A DNA stretch of 64,000 nucleotides, taken from contig NC_043011.1 of assembly GCF_006345805.1 (NCBI RefSeq), positions 29,214,464 to 29,278,463 of the forward strand. Direction: 5' to 3'. Shown here piece by piece: positions 12,377 through 23,962 of the stretch (its first letter is position 1; every line of letters begins with the position of its first letter). The position numbers were made by a program, and so were the translations under genes. This DNA comes from Octopus sinensis (Eukaryota). The notes below the pieces were generated by a model. The model worked only from the letters and a program-made list of their open reading frames with translations, ran no database searches and had not been told where the DNA came from.

Positions 12377-12590
12377 ATTTCAAAATTTGGCATAAGGCCA
12401 GCAAATTGGAAGTAGGGGTTAAGTGGAGTAAATCAATTCCAGTGCTCAGCTGATACCTAATTTATCGACCCCCAAACGAATGAAAGGCAGAATCGGCCTT
12501 GGCAGATTTTGAACTCAAAATGAAAAGACAAATGAAATGCCACTAAGCCTTTTGTCCAATGTGCTAACAATCCTGCCAGCTTGCCACCTC
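12377..12590 (-). mobile_element. Type B SINE with 17-bp TSD
   Basis: SINE body; flanks gcagagaactaatattg / gcagtgaagtgatattg (14/17). Confidence 0.8.
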
Positions 12591-12802
12591 GCAGTGAAGT
12601 GATATTGGTATCAGACTGACAGATTGCCAAATCGAAATAATATTCTTGATTTTTAGATGTTTCTGTCTTATAGTTTTCAGTCAATATTTTTGTGTTTTAG
12701 ATATGTGTGTTTTTATGTTCTAGAAAGAAGAATTCCAGTACAAACACTAGTTATCTCCCCATACTGAGAGCTGGTAGAATTAATGTGAGTAGGTACAGGC
12801 AT

Positions 12803-13232
12803 GGCTATGTGGTTAAGAAATTTACTCTCCAGCCACATGGTTTTGGGTTCAGTCCCATTGCATGACATCTTGAGCAAGTGTCTTCTACTATAGCTTCAGG
12901 CCCTAAGTCAACTAAAACCTTGTGAATGAATCTGGTAAAGGAAAGTGTGTGTGTGTGTATGTGTGTGTGTGTGTGAGTGTGTGTGTGTGTGTGTTCTTGT
13001 TCTCAAATCATGTGATAGCTGTAAATGAGTGTCACTGTCATACAAGCAGCATCATTCATTTCTAATATTCTGTGAGAACTTCTCTCTAGCCATGGGAAAA
13101 AATTACCATGCTCACCAACAGGCAAGGATTGGCAGCAGGAACAGCATCTGACCATAGAAAATCTGCCTCAATAAACTCCATCCAACCCATGCAAGTGTGG
13201 AAAAGTAGACATAAATGAAGATGATGATGATA
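12803..13232 (+). mobile_element. tRNA-headed SINE type A2 (type A head, RTE-like (GAT)n tail)
   Basis: A-box tggctatgtgg, B-box ggttcagtccc, (TG)n core, then gtaaatgagtgtcactgtcatacaagc...aacccatgcaag...gatgatg. Second copy at about 17050-17505. Confidence 0.8.
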
Positions 13233-13310
13233 TAGCACTAGAATTTCAGCTAAATATATCAATCTTGGGTGAATCCTCCTTGGAAAATCACATTATTCTA
13301 TTAAACTAAC

Positions 13311-13471
13311 CATAAAACAGTTCTATTTCATGGTTGACTGATTTGTATTTAGAGAATTCACCAACTGTGAAATGATTTCTCTAAAAGTGCTTTTTTTTAA
13401 CTAATGCAGCCATGGGAGAAATTGATGCCATTCTAAAAGCAAATGTCAAGATGGCAAACAAGTACAAAAAC
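13311..13471 (-). CDS. Candidate exon (13471-13311, or 13380-13311 using the internal acceptor)
   Basis: Acceptor gttttgtag and donor atg|gttagt; one frame open except for a TAG at 13383-13381 that can itself serve as an acceptor (RNHFTVGEFSKYKSVNHEIELFY). Confidence 0.25.
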
Positions 13472-13679
13472 CTACAAAACATCATACCAGTTAATTAGTT
13501 CAAAAGAGAGAGGATTTTTCGCTTTTGCTAAGACTAATGTACACATTGTCAAGTGGATATGTTCATTGTTGCTGTCGTTCTCACCATAGTCACAATCAAT
13601 ATCAACGTCACTGCCATTCCTTTCATTGCTGTTGTTCTTTAGCTTTATAGTATAAGAGGAAGCTGGTCTGGAGTTGGTA

Positions 13680-14105
13680 TTGAAGCTCTGTGCCAGTGAC
13701 ACCTAAAAAGCGCCCAGCACACTCTGTTAAGTGGTTGGTATTAGGAAGGGCATCTAGTGGTAGAAACCATACCCATTTCTTTACTACCCACAAGGGGCTA
13801 AACACAGAGGGGACAAACAAGGACAGACAAGCGGATTAAATTGATTATATCGACCCCAGTGCGTAACTGGTACTTAATTTATCAACCCCGAAAGGATGAA
13901 AGGCAAAGTCGAATTTGAACTCAGAATGTAACGGCAGACGAAATACTGCTATGCATTTCGCCCGGCGTGCTAACGTTTCTGCCAGCTCGCCGCTCCACAA
14001 AGACAGTTGGAGTCTGGAAAGCTCTCTGCTAGCTAGCTCCATGTCAAACTGTCCAACCCATGTCAGCATGGAAGAGGATACTAAACGATGATGATGATGA
14101 TGACA
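13680..14105 (+). mobile_element. RTE-type 3' tail interrupted by an antisense type B SINE (about 13763-13992)
   Basis: ggttggtattaggaagggcatc ... aacccatgtcagcatggaa (GAT)n, with SINE B sequence in between. Confidence 0.8.
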
Positions 14106-14399
14106 ATGACAAAGACAACGATGACGACGACATACAAGATATTTTTTTTCTTTTAAATCTCAAAAATCACTCCCGGTCCTAATGCAAAGTTGGTCCTATA
14201 TTACTTGCTTTACTCAGAATACTTGCTGTTAAAATTGGGTTATATCCTCAGATGCCCGTGCATCTTTTATGCCATCAAATACAGTAAGGAGAATCAGAAA
14301 ACCTATACAAGATCTCTGACAGTTAGAAATCTTTATCATGATCTTCTTAACTTTTTAGTGGTGAGATTACTTTGTCAAATGTAATGCTTATCAGTAGTT

Positions 14400-14402
14400 G
14401 TC

Positions 14403-14449
<47 letters not shown>

Positions 14450-14525
14450 CAGCAGCAGCAGTAGCAGCAGTTGTAACAGCAGCAGCAGTTGTAACAGCAG
14501 CAGTAGCAGCAGCAGCAGCAGTTGT

Positions 14526-14593
<68 letters not shown>

Positions 14594-14609
14594 CAGCAGC
14601 AGCAGTTGT

Positions 14610-14644
<35 letters not shown>

Positions 14645-14756
14645 TAGTAGTTGTAGCAGCAGCAGCAGTTGTAGCAGCAGCAGCAACAGCAGTAGTAGTA
14701 GCAGCAGCAGTTGTAGCAGCAGCAGCAACAGCAGTAGTAGTAGCAGCAGCAGTTGT

Positions 14757-14803
<47 letters not shown>

Positions 14804-14810
14804 TAGTAGC
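14400..14810. repeat. Compound (AGT)n/(AGC)n trinucleotide array
   Basis: Direct reading; yields poly-Leu, Ala/Thr and Val/Ala ORFs on both strands. Confidence 0.95.
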
Positions 14811-15208
14811 CATTGTCTTATTGTACCTACAAATCTAACCTTATGTATGCATGAGAAATTGCTATTCTCCTCGTCGCTATTGTTGTTGTTATCTGCTCTC
14901 TTCCCCTACCCCCCCCCCCCACATACACACACATACACTTCTAAGTTTCTGAAACAAGCTTCTTCTTTGAAAATTGCTTTAAAAAAGCAATCAATATCTT
15001 ACACCTGATTCTAATTGCACCAAGTGAACAACATTAAGTTTCTCTCTGCTGTATTTGCATTGCACTTTTATGCTTTTAAAAATAACTTATTAATTCATAA
15101 TTATATTTAATCTAAATTAACCTCTCACAGGTCATTTTATATTTAATTCCATTTCATTTATTGTTTAATTTTTCTCTTGCCAATATATTAAATAATTCCA
15201 ACATAACA

Positions 15209-15373
15209 GGCACAGGAGTGGCTGTGTGGTAAGTAGCTTGCTTACCAACCACATGGTTCCAGGTTCAGTCCCACTGCGTGGCACCTTAGTCAAGTGTCGT
15301 CTACTATAGCATCAGGCTGACCAAAGCCTTGTGAGTGGATTTGGTAGACGGAAACTGAAAGAAGCCCATCGTG

Positions 15374-15411
<38 letters not shown>

Positions 15412-15618
15412 TGTGTCTGTGTTTGTCCCCCCAACATCGATTGACAACCGATGCTGGTGTGTTTACGTCCCCATAACTTAGTGGTTCGGCAAAAGAGACC
15501 GAAAGAATAAGTACTAGGTTTACAAAGAATAAGGTCCTGGGGTCGATTTGCTCAACTAAAAGCGGTGCTCCAGCATGGCCGCAGTCAAATGACTGAAACA
15601 AGTAAAAGAGCAAAGAGT
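15209..15618 (+). mobile_element. Full-length tRNA-headed SINE type A
   Basis: ggcacaggagtggctgtgtggtaag (A box) ... ggttcagtccc (B box), central (TG)n, 3' gtcaaatgactgaaacaagtaaaagag. Confidence 0.9.
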
Positions 15619-15906
15619 ATAACAAAGTGACGGAGTATATAAGTCACTGATGCAGTCGATCAGTTTTCTGGACTATTAAATGTTAGAAGTTCATATTTCT
15701 TCATTGACAATCTGTGATACACCGGAGCAAGGCATAAACATTATTAGCTCTAATTACATAGCAGTAGAGATCCACAAAGTGGAAGTTACAATAATGATAA
15801 TGAACTTATTGTATACCGTACCCAGGTGCACAACAACTAATCAGAAAAAGTAATGAAAACTGCATGAACAGTACATAGAATATGCACAGGAAGTGAACAG
15901 TGAATA

Positions 15907-16292
15907 GGCGTAGGAGTGGCTGTGTGGTAAGTAGCTTGCTTACCAACCACATGGTTCCGGGTTCAGTCCCACTGCATGGCACCTTCAGCAAGTGTCTTCT
16001 ACTATAGCCTCGGGCCAGCCAAAGCTTTGTGAGTGGATTTGGTAGATGGAAACTGAAAGAAGCCCGTCGTATATATGTATATGTATATGTGTGTCTGTTT
16101 GTCCCTCCAATATCGTCTGACAACCGATGCTGGTGTGTTTACATCCCCATAACTTAGTGGTTCGGCAAAAGAGACCGATAGAATAAGTACTGGGCTTACA
16201 AAGAATAAGTCCTGGGGTCGATGTGCTCGACTAAAGGTGGTGATCCAGCATGGCCACAGTCAAATGACTGAAACAATTAAAGAGCAAAGAGT
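15907..16292 (+). mobile_element. Full-length SINE type A
   Basis: Same structure as 15209-15618. Confidence 0.9.
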
Positions 16293-16319
16293 AGGTCTTA
16301 AAAAAAAGGTGGAAGAAGA

Positions 16320-16590
16320 AACAGAGGTGGAGCATCAGCTGTACAGGCAGTGGACTTCAGGAAGCTTGAAAGTTTTGAAGGATGTACTATCTCAACAGCT
16401 AACAAGTGATGCAATTAGTTTATTCCATGTTTCAGTAATTATAAGCGTGAAAAAATATTTCCGAAAGTCATGGATGCTGTGTTGTTTTTTTGATTTTGCA
16501 AGCATGTCTGCAAGTGTAAAAAGGTGGCCCAGGTTGTTGTTGGAAAGATGGTGGACAACCTTGTGGGTGTCTACCAAGTTAGGTGCCAAT
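16320..16590 (-). mobile_element. Older CR1-type LINE 3' fragment
   Basis: Minus frame HHLSNNNLGHLF...DFRKYFFTLIITETWNKL...SFKT is homologous to ORF 675-968. Confidence 0.75.
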
Positions 16591-16812
16591 CGTTGGTACC
16601 AACCTGGCTAAAACCGCCTCTGGTTCTGTAGTACAAATGTCTTGTTTTCATAAGTATCAAATTAAAATCTTCCACCAAACCTTAGTCACAATTTATCTTC
16701 CTAACACTAACTGAATGATAACTAAGTTATTTTATGAAATTCTTTGTTATATTTAAAATTAATTGAAAGAAACACAGAGCATCTCAAAATAAATACAGTA
16801 ACAAAAGGGTTA
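16590..16812. mobile_element. Possible piggyBac-type (TTAA) MITE remnant
   Basis: Ends in aaagggttaa; left terminus degraded. A matching ttaaccctttagca terminus of a similar element lies at 44207. Confidence 0.4.
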
Positions 16813-17226
16813 ATGTGTCCATGCCCAGGGAAGCATGATGTTCAGGACATGGTAGATACCTGATGGTAGGTATTCATTTGATTTAGTGTGCTAGTAAGTT
16901 TTCATTAGAAACACTGTTGTTTTAGCTATTGTCAGTTTTGTTTAACACATGGTAAACTCTGACCATGTAGACCTAGAGCCCAAGATAACCAAGATATAAG
17001 CACAATATTTTCTTTCATTTTGTTTATATTAAAAGGCATGTCTGTGTAGGCTCAGGTGTGGATGTGGACATATGACTCTATAGTTAAGAAACTCTCTTCT
17101 CAACTACATGGTTCCAGGTTCAATCCTATCACGAGGCAACTTGGTAAACTGTCTTCTACTGTAGCCCCTGAGCTGACCAAAGCCTTATGAGTGGATTTTG
17201 CAGACGGAAACAGAAAGAATCCCATC

Positions 17227-17267
<41 letters not shown>

Positions 17268-17882
17268 TTGGTGTCTACTTGTTTCCATATTGCATAATAG
17301 TTGTAAATGAGTGTCACTGTCATACAAGCAGTGTCCTTCATTTCCAATATTCTGTAAAAACACGTAGAGCCATGGGGAAATATTACCTTACTAAGAAACA
17401 GGTGATGGTTGACAACAGGAAGGGCATCCAGGCATTGAAAAATCTTTCTCAACAAATTCCATCTGACCCATGCAAGTAAAGAAAAGTGGATGTTAAAATG
17501 ACGATGAGAGTGTAAGGAGGAGGAGAAGGCTGCGGGGAAAATGGATGTGAGTGGAGAGAGTAGGAGGATATCAAGAAACTACTATTGTCCAATGTATCCA
17601 TGGTTACCAATATAGAATATGATATGAGGGAGACTTGGTTGCTGTTTCTAATAGACCAAGCAACAACATGTAGACTTTTTTGTTGCACCATGTTATTATT
17701 ACTTAATTCCTGGTATATCAGCTACAAATGAGCCAACCTATAATTAAAGACATTCTAACCAAACCCATCATGGAGTGTCTAGGACCACATTATTTAAAGC
17801 AGTGGTTCCCAGCCATATTTTGCCTATGGATCTCTTTGATACACCATTCAGTGTATATTTTTAAAATCCTACAGTATTTATA

Positions 17883-18418
17883 CGGGGTGGCCCAAAAGTA
17901 GGTTTACAGTTATTCAACTATCTCTTTCACATTCATATATTAACAGTTTAGAACTGTTCTTTCAGCAAGATGGAACACCTCCACATTATGCATTGACAGT
18001 AAGAGACTACCTTAACCAAGCCTTTCCACAGCGTTGGTTTGAAAGACAGGGTGGCATCGAATGGCTACCATGTTCACCTGACCTGACACCAATGGATTTC
18101 TATTTTTGAGGTGTTGTAAAGAACAAGGTTTATGAGAAGAATCCCAAAACAGTAAATTGATTAAGAGATGACATTTCTGATGTATTCACTGAAATTGATG
18201 GAGATCGGAATTTGTGCCGCACTGTATGTCAGAGTGTTCTGAAGAGGTTTGAAGAATGTTGCAATGTTGAAGGAGGACATTTTGATCATCTGAGAGATTA
18301 AACATTGTCTGTTTAAAATGCGCATAAACAATATGACTGTAAGATAGAAATCTAAATGTTTTAAAAGAAATTTAAAGTGCCTACATGATAACTGTGAACC
18401 TACTTTTGGGCCACCCTG
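17883..18418 (+). mobile_element. Internally deleted Tc1/mariner element, DD41D (rosa-like) transposase C-terminus
   Basis: 31-bp TIRs c[g/a]gggtggcccaaaagtaggtt[t/c]acagttat (29/31), TA on the left flank. 17954-18301 translates FQQDGTPPH...WLPCSPDLTPMDF...GGHFDHL with 41 residues between the two Asp; two in-frame stops. Confidence 0.92.
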
Positions 18419-18477
18419 TTTAATTAAATATTATTAGGAATTGTGTAAAAAAATTGTTAAAATATTTTGTGTATTGT

Positions 18478-18895
18478 GGGCGTGGCTGTGTGGTAAGACG
18501 CTCGCTCCCCAACCACATTGTTCCGGGTTCAGTTCCACTGTGTGGCACTTTGGGCAAGCATCTTCTACTATAGCCTTGGGCCAACCAATGCCTTATGAGT
18601 GGATTTGGTAGGCAGAAACTGTAAGAAGACAGTTGTGTAGACATGTATATATATGTATATACGTATGTGTATATGTATCTATGTGTGTGTTTGTGTCTGT
18701 TTGTTCCCCCACCATCACTTAACAACCGATGTTAGTATGTTTATGTCCCTGTAACTTAGTGGTTAAGCAAAAGAGACCGATATGTTAAGTACTAGGCTTA
18801 CAAAGAATAAGTCCTGAGGTCAATTTCTTCAACTAAAACCCTTTAAGGTAGTACTCCAGCATGGCCACAGTCTAATGACCAAAACAAGAAAAAGG
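18478..18895 (+). mobile_element. SINE type A
   Basis: A and B boxes, central microsatellite, typical 3' end. Confidence 0.88.
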
Positions 18896-19055
18896 AAGAA
18901 TTAAGAAAAAACAAAGTAAAAGCAATTTATTGCACATAAATTTTAACATTTTACATGGACTGTGATCCCCCCACCAACCAAGGACCATATGGACTGCGGT
19001 TGAGAACCACTGATCTAAAGCAACCCTATTTTTAACAGGTTGAACAACCCTATAC

Positions 19056-19133
19056 AGCCTCTCTCATCAGCTTATCCCATTCACTGTCCAAGACTTTGAA
19101 AATGCCATGTGCTTTCGTTGAAGATGTCAAGGG
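19056..19133 (-). CDS. Candidate 78-nt phase 0-0 exon
   Basis: Strong acceptor ttttttcttcttctgtag; open frame PLTSSTKAHGIFKVLDSEWDKLMREA; moderate donor ct|gtatag; repeat-free context. Confidence 0.3.
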
Positions 19134-19717
19134 CTACAGAAGAAGAAAAAATTGATGTTTGTATGTGATAAAAGATGTCAGAAAGCCCTGGCACATTTTT
19201 TTCTTTTTAATTAAATCTTCTCAAACGCAACAGACTTAAATCATGCCCTTTAATTAAACGCAGTTGAATTCAATTAAATTGCATTTAATTAAATATAATT
19301 TCATAACTTTCTTTTCACTCAGTTTTCTGGTTGACTTCAATTAAGTTAATTGAAATATGCTAGCATTTGCATAAATTTTTCAAGGTAATTTCGTTCCAGG
19401 CAGATACCCTTCTTCTTAGCACCAAATGCCAAAAATTATTTAAGAACTGAGTGGAACAAATGAAGTAATTCAAGGAGTGATGGTAACACATTTCATAGAA
19501 CCTGAACTCATGATCTCTGAGTTCTGAGTTAAACACCTTTGCTTCACAGCTGTCATGTTTCATTTTCATTTATTATAATTATTTTCGGTCCCAGAGTGAT
19601 GCTATCAAAGTTTATTAATGGTGAAGTGGGGAGTACATGGAAACAGTTTTCATATTTGGAAAAATGATATTTGTGTCTGTTCCAAAACTGCAGTAAATTT
19701 CTGATATGTAGTGCTAT

Positions 19718-20217
<500 letters not shown>

Positions 20218-20459
20218 TATATGCTGTTCATAATAATAATAATATTCTTTCCTATTTTTTTTGCACAAGGCCAGCAAAATTTAGGGGAGGGAGATGCCAA
20301 TTACATTGTCCCCACTGATCAGTTGATCAATAAGTACTTGCTTCATAAACCCTTTTTAAGCCTAGTATTTATTCTATCCATCCCTTTTACTGAACTGCTA
20401 GATTACAGGGGACACCTGTGCTTATACATAAAATTTTTATAATAATAATAATGACAGTT

Positions 20460-20678
20460 CTTTCTTATATGGGTACAATGCCTGAAATTTGGGGCTGGGG
20501 GTTAGTTGATTACATTGACTCTCAATGCTCAACTGTTATTTATTTTATGGACTCACAAAGGATGAAAGGCAAAGTAAACCATGGTGGAATTTAAACTCAG
20601 AATAGAAACTGGAAGAAATGCTGCTCAGCATTTTGTCCAGCATACTAACAATTATACCAGAATACAAGTTTAATTATT

Positions 20679-20718
<40 letters not shown>

Positions 20719-21787
20719 TAATAATAATAATAATAATATGCCCTGATGCAGTACCAGACAGTGGCCCTCATGGCTTCTGATCTTAACTGATTGGAAGTGT
20801 TATCATGTACATTCTTTTGGCTTGGTATAAAAGATGGGCTACAGCAAATATTTTGCTCAATACCACAGATTTGCTTGTCAGTTGTTTGATCTTAACCAGT
20901 TGACCATGTCCCTTAGTGGCTGACGATATCTGCATCTCTGATCACAAGCAGAAGTAGTGGGGGAGTATCATAGCCATGTGTTGAGAGGGATTCTTTGGGA
21001 TTTGAATAATTCACCTCCAGAAACATGGCTGTTTTGTTCAACATCCTTAAACAAGCCTTATTCAGGGACCTTTTGAGCGGGATGGGTTACTCGACCAGAA
21101 GAAAATTCTAACTGGTCCCCACCTGCAAGGTCATGTGCTGTTTATCTTCATATGAGATCACCATGTCACGCACATATGGTTGTGATGCATGTGCCTGGTG
21201 TACCCATATCAGATGGGTAGTCATGATGGGCTTCGTATATTTTACCCCAGTGTCACTTTGATGACATGCACTGCTCTCGCACTCAATAATAATAATAATA
21301 ATAATAATAATAATCCTTTCTAGTAAAGACACAAGGCCTGAAATTATGAGAAGGAACTAGTCGACTACATCAACCCCAGTGTTTTACTGGTACTTAATTT
21401 ATCATTTCCAACAGGATGAAAGGCAAAGTTGACCTCAGTGGAATTTGAACTCAGAACATAGTGACGAGTGAAATATTGCTAAGCATTTCATCCAGTATGC
21501 TAACAATTCTGCCAGCTCATTGCCTTGGTAATAATAATAATAATAATATTCCTTTCTGCTATAGAAACAAGGCCTGAATTTTGTAGGGTGGGACTAAGTT
21601 GATTGCATCAACCCCAGTGCTCAATTGGTTCTTATTTTATCAACCCTGAAAGGATGAAAGGAAAAGTCAACCTTGGCATAATTTAAATTCAGAATGTAGT
21701 AGTGGACAAAAAAATCACTAAGCATTTCATCCAGCATGCTAGCGATTCATCCAGCTTGCCTCCTTGATAATAATAATAATAATAATA

Positions 21788-21822
<35 letters not shown>

Positions 21823-21916
21823 GTTTCAAATTTTGTCACAAGGGCAATAATTGGGGGGAAGGGATGAGTCGATTACAGTAACCAAGTGTCCAAGTAGTAC
21901 TTATTTTATCAACCCC

Positions 21917-21948
<32 letters not shown>

Positions 21949-22190
21949 AATCATACTTGTGGCCAGTACCTGCAACATGGGAAAGGCACCCGTGGTGGTG
22001 GTGGTGGTGGTGATGATGATGATGAATTGTTCCTAATTTAAGCCCAAAGCTAGAAGTTTGGAGTGGTGAAGGGGGTTAATTGATATCATCACCCCCTGCA
22101 CTTGACTGGTACTATATTTCCTTGGTACTAAAAGGATGAAAAGCAAAGCTCACTTTAGCAGGATTTGAACTCAGGATGTGAAAACCTGAG
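20460..22190 (-). mobile_element. Cluster of type B SINEs (about 20460-20660, 21313-21530, 21550-21765, 21810-21920, 22030-22190) separated by (AAT)n
   Basis: Repeated ggatgaaaggcaaagt...gaatttgaactcagaa and cacaaggcctgaaatt motifs. Confidence 0.8.
20739..21284 (+). mobile_element. Unclassified interspersed repeat (family E), flanked by (AAT)n on both sides
   Basis: Homologous to 6389-6892 in opposite orientation. Confidence 0.8.
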
Positions 22191-22311
22191 ATAAAAAGTA
22201 GAGGTTTAAGTCCTTCTCTGAACATGAAGGACCATCTAGGATTGTGAGGACCAGTGGGCTGACCAGAGGAGAGGCAGTATATATTGCATGTCACTTGATG
22301 GAGGGTACTAC

Positions 22312-22360
22312 CTCAATGCAGTCTTTGAGCCTGAACATGCATTCCACAGTTGACGAAGCA
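22312..22360 (-). CDS. Candidate 49-nt exon
   Basis: Long pyrimidine-rich acceptor gttgtttcttgtgttgttttag; donor gag|gtagta; two frames open (ASSTVECMFRLKDCIE or LRQLWNACSGSKTAL). Confidence 0.25.
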
Positions 22361-23286
22361 CTAAAACAACACAAGAAACAACATAACACAAAGCACATAT
22401 CAAAAACAAAACTGAAGTCGTAAATAAACACAATTCTGACATTCCCGAAAGACAATATTGCACACAGCTCAGAAACACAGAAGCACATCTGGTAGAGCAC
22501 TAGAAATTTGTATGAAACTCTTGAGATAATATTGTTAAAAAGATAATTTCAAACAACTAATTTTTTTCTTTTTTATAAGTTCATTTGGTTTTTCAAGAAT
22601 TTTAATTAATACATTTGTCATTTTCTTTTTTGGTTATTTTAAAATTTTGTCTTTATTGCATTACTAAGCAGAATTTTAATTTTCAAATCAACATTTAAAA
22701 GACTACATTTCAATAACAGTTTTGTTATGGAGTTGATTTAATTGTCACAAGAGAAAAAGTAGTTTAAGAATGCACTTCTCACTAGCCAGAAAGCTCAACA
22801 AACTCTTAAGACGAGGGTTATAAAATTTGATAAAATTTAATAAAATTAAATAAAATAAGACTCTGGAAATGAGTTCTTAACATTTTGAATCGCAAAATTA
22901 TCATCAATAGATGGATAATAATTACTATATCAGTTCTACTGATTCTGAAATGTTTTTTTAGGAAAGTTCAATTATCATTAAAACTATAATTTGAAAACTT
23001 TTAACAAATAGATGCTATTCAATAATGAAATTTCTGTCACCGGTAATTAATAAACAACCTTCCACATAGCAGACACTAGCAGACTCTATACCATCAAAAT
23101 CATTTAACATCCACTTTTCTAAGCCTGCATGGATCAGATGGAATTTGCTGAGGAAGATTTCTTGTGGCCAGATTCCCTTTATGCCACCAAACTTCACCTG
23201 TTTCCAAGACTGGAAATGAATGACATATTCATTTGCAATCATGTGATGTCAAGACAAAACTATACAGACACACACACACACACACT

Positions 23287-23722
23287 CATGTGTGGACGAG
23301 GACAGCTGTGTAAAGAAGTGCCAATCTCTAACTGTGGAGGGAACTTGTGGAAAGGTAGACCAAGGCGGACGTGAGATGAGGTGGCGAAGCATGATTTTCA
23401 GACGTTGGACCTCATAGAGGCAATGACAAGTGACTGAGACCTTTGGCAATATGCTGTGCTTGAGAAGACTTGTCAAACCAAATGAAATCGTAGTCATGAA
23501 ATCGTAGTTGGTGTCACATAACTGACACCTGTACCAGTGGTACATAAGAGCACCCATGCTGGTGGCGTGTAAAAAAAAGCACCCATTTACACACTTGGTG
23601 TGGTTGGCATTAGAAAGGGTGTCCAGCAGTAGAAGCTATGCCAAATCAGACTGGAACCTGGTGTGGCTCTCTAGCATACCAGTTCCAGTTAAACCATCTG
23701 ACTCATGCCAGCATGATAATGA
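23287..23722 (+). mobile_element. RTE LINE 3' end (ORF C-terminus plus 3' UTR)
   Basis: Reads CVKKCQSLTVEGTCGKGRPRRT*DEVAKHDF...LWQYAVLEKT (RTE C-terminal GRP..TW motif), running into the ggttggcattagaaaggg 3' UTR. Confidence 0.8.
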
Positions 23723-23921
23723 TACCTGTTGCTTGATTGGGTCATTGGTAACTAAAGAGGCATCCCAAGTAGGTTTGCCAGGTGAGAAACTCAGACCTGT
23801 CAAAAGGACAGATGAACTTAGTATAGGTCTAATGGCTGTCTAGGAATAGCAGGGGCCTCAGAAATTCTGGGTTAGCATCTGACATGATAGAAGACCACTG
23901 TGATGGAGAAACCCCTTAGCT

Positions 23922-23962
<41 letters not shown>

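Larger units (their letters stand above)
17800..19012. mobile_element. hAT-type MITE hosting a mariner derivative and a SINE
   Basis: TIRs cagtggttcccagcc / ggttgagaaccactg; 8-bp TSD atttaaag / atctaaag (7/8). Confidence 0.8.

Noticed and set aside
14375-14838. Poly-Ala/Thr, poly-Leu and poly-Val ORFs
   Set aside because: Trinucleotide array open in several frames on both strands.
15209-15290. tRNA gene calls at SINE heads
   Set aside because: A and B boxes are present but run directly into SINE body sequence in many diverged copies.
16237-16611. 124-aa plus-strand ORF
   Set aside because: Made of a SINE tail plus the antisense strand of a CR1 fragment.
19056-19133. Resemblance of FKVLDSEWDKLMREA to the dynein heavy chain linker region
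   Set aside because: Flanking residues and neighbouring candidate exons do not match dynein motifs; no gene symbol assigned.
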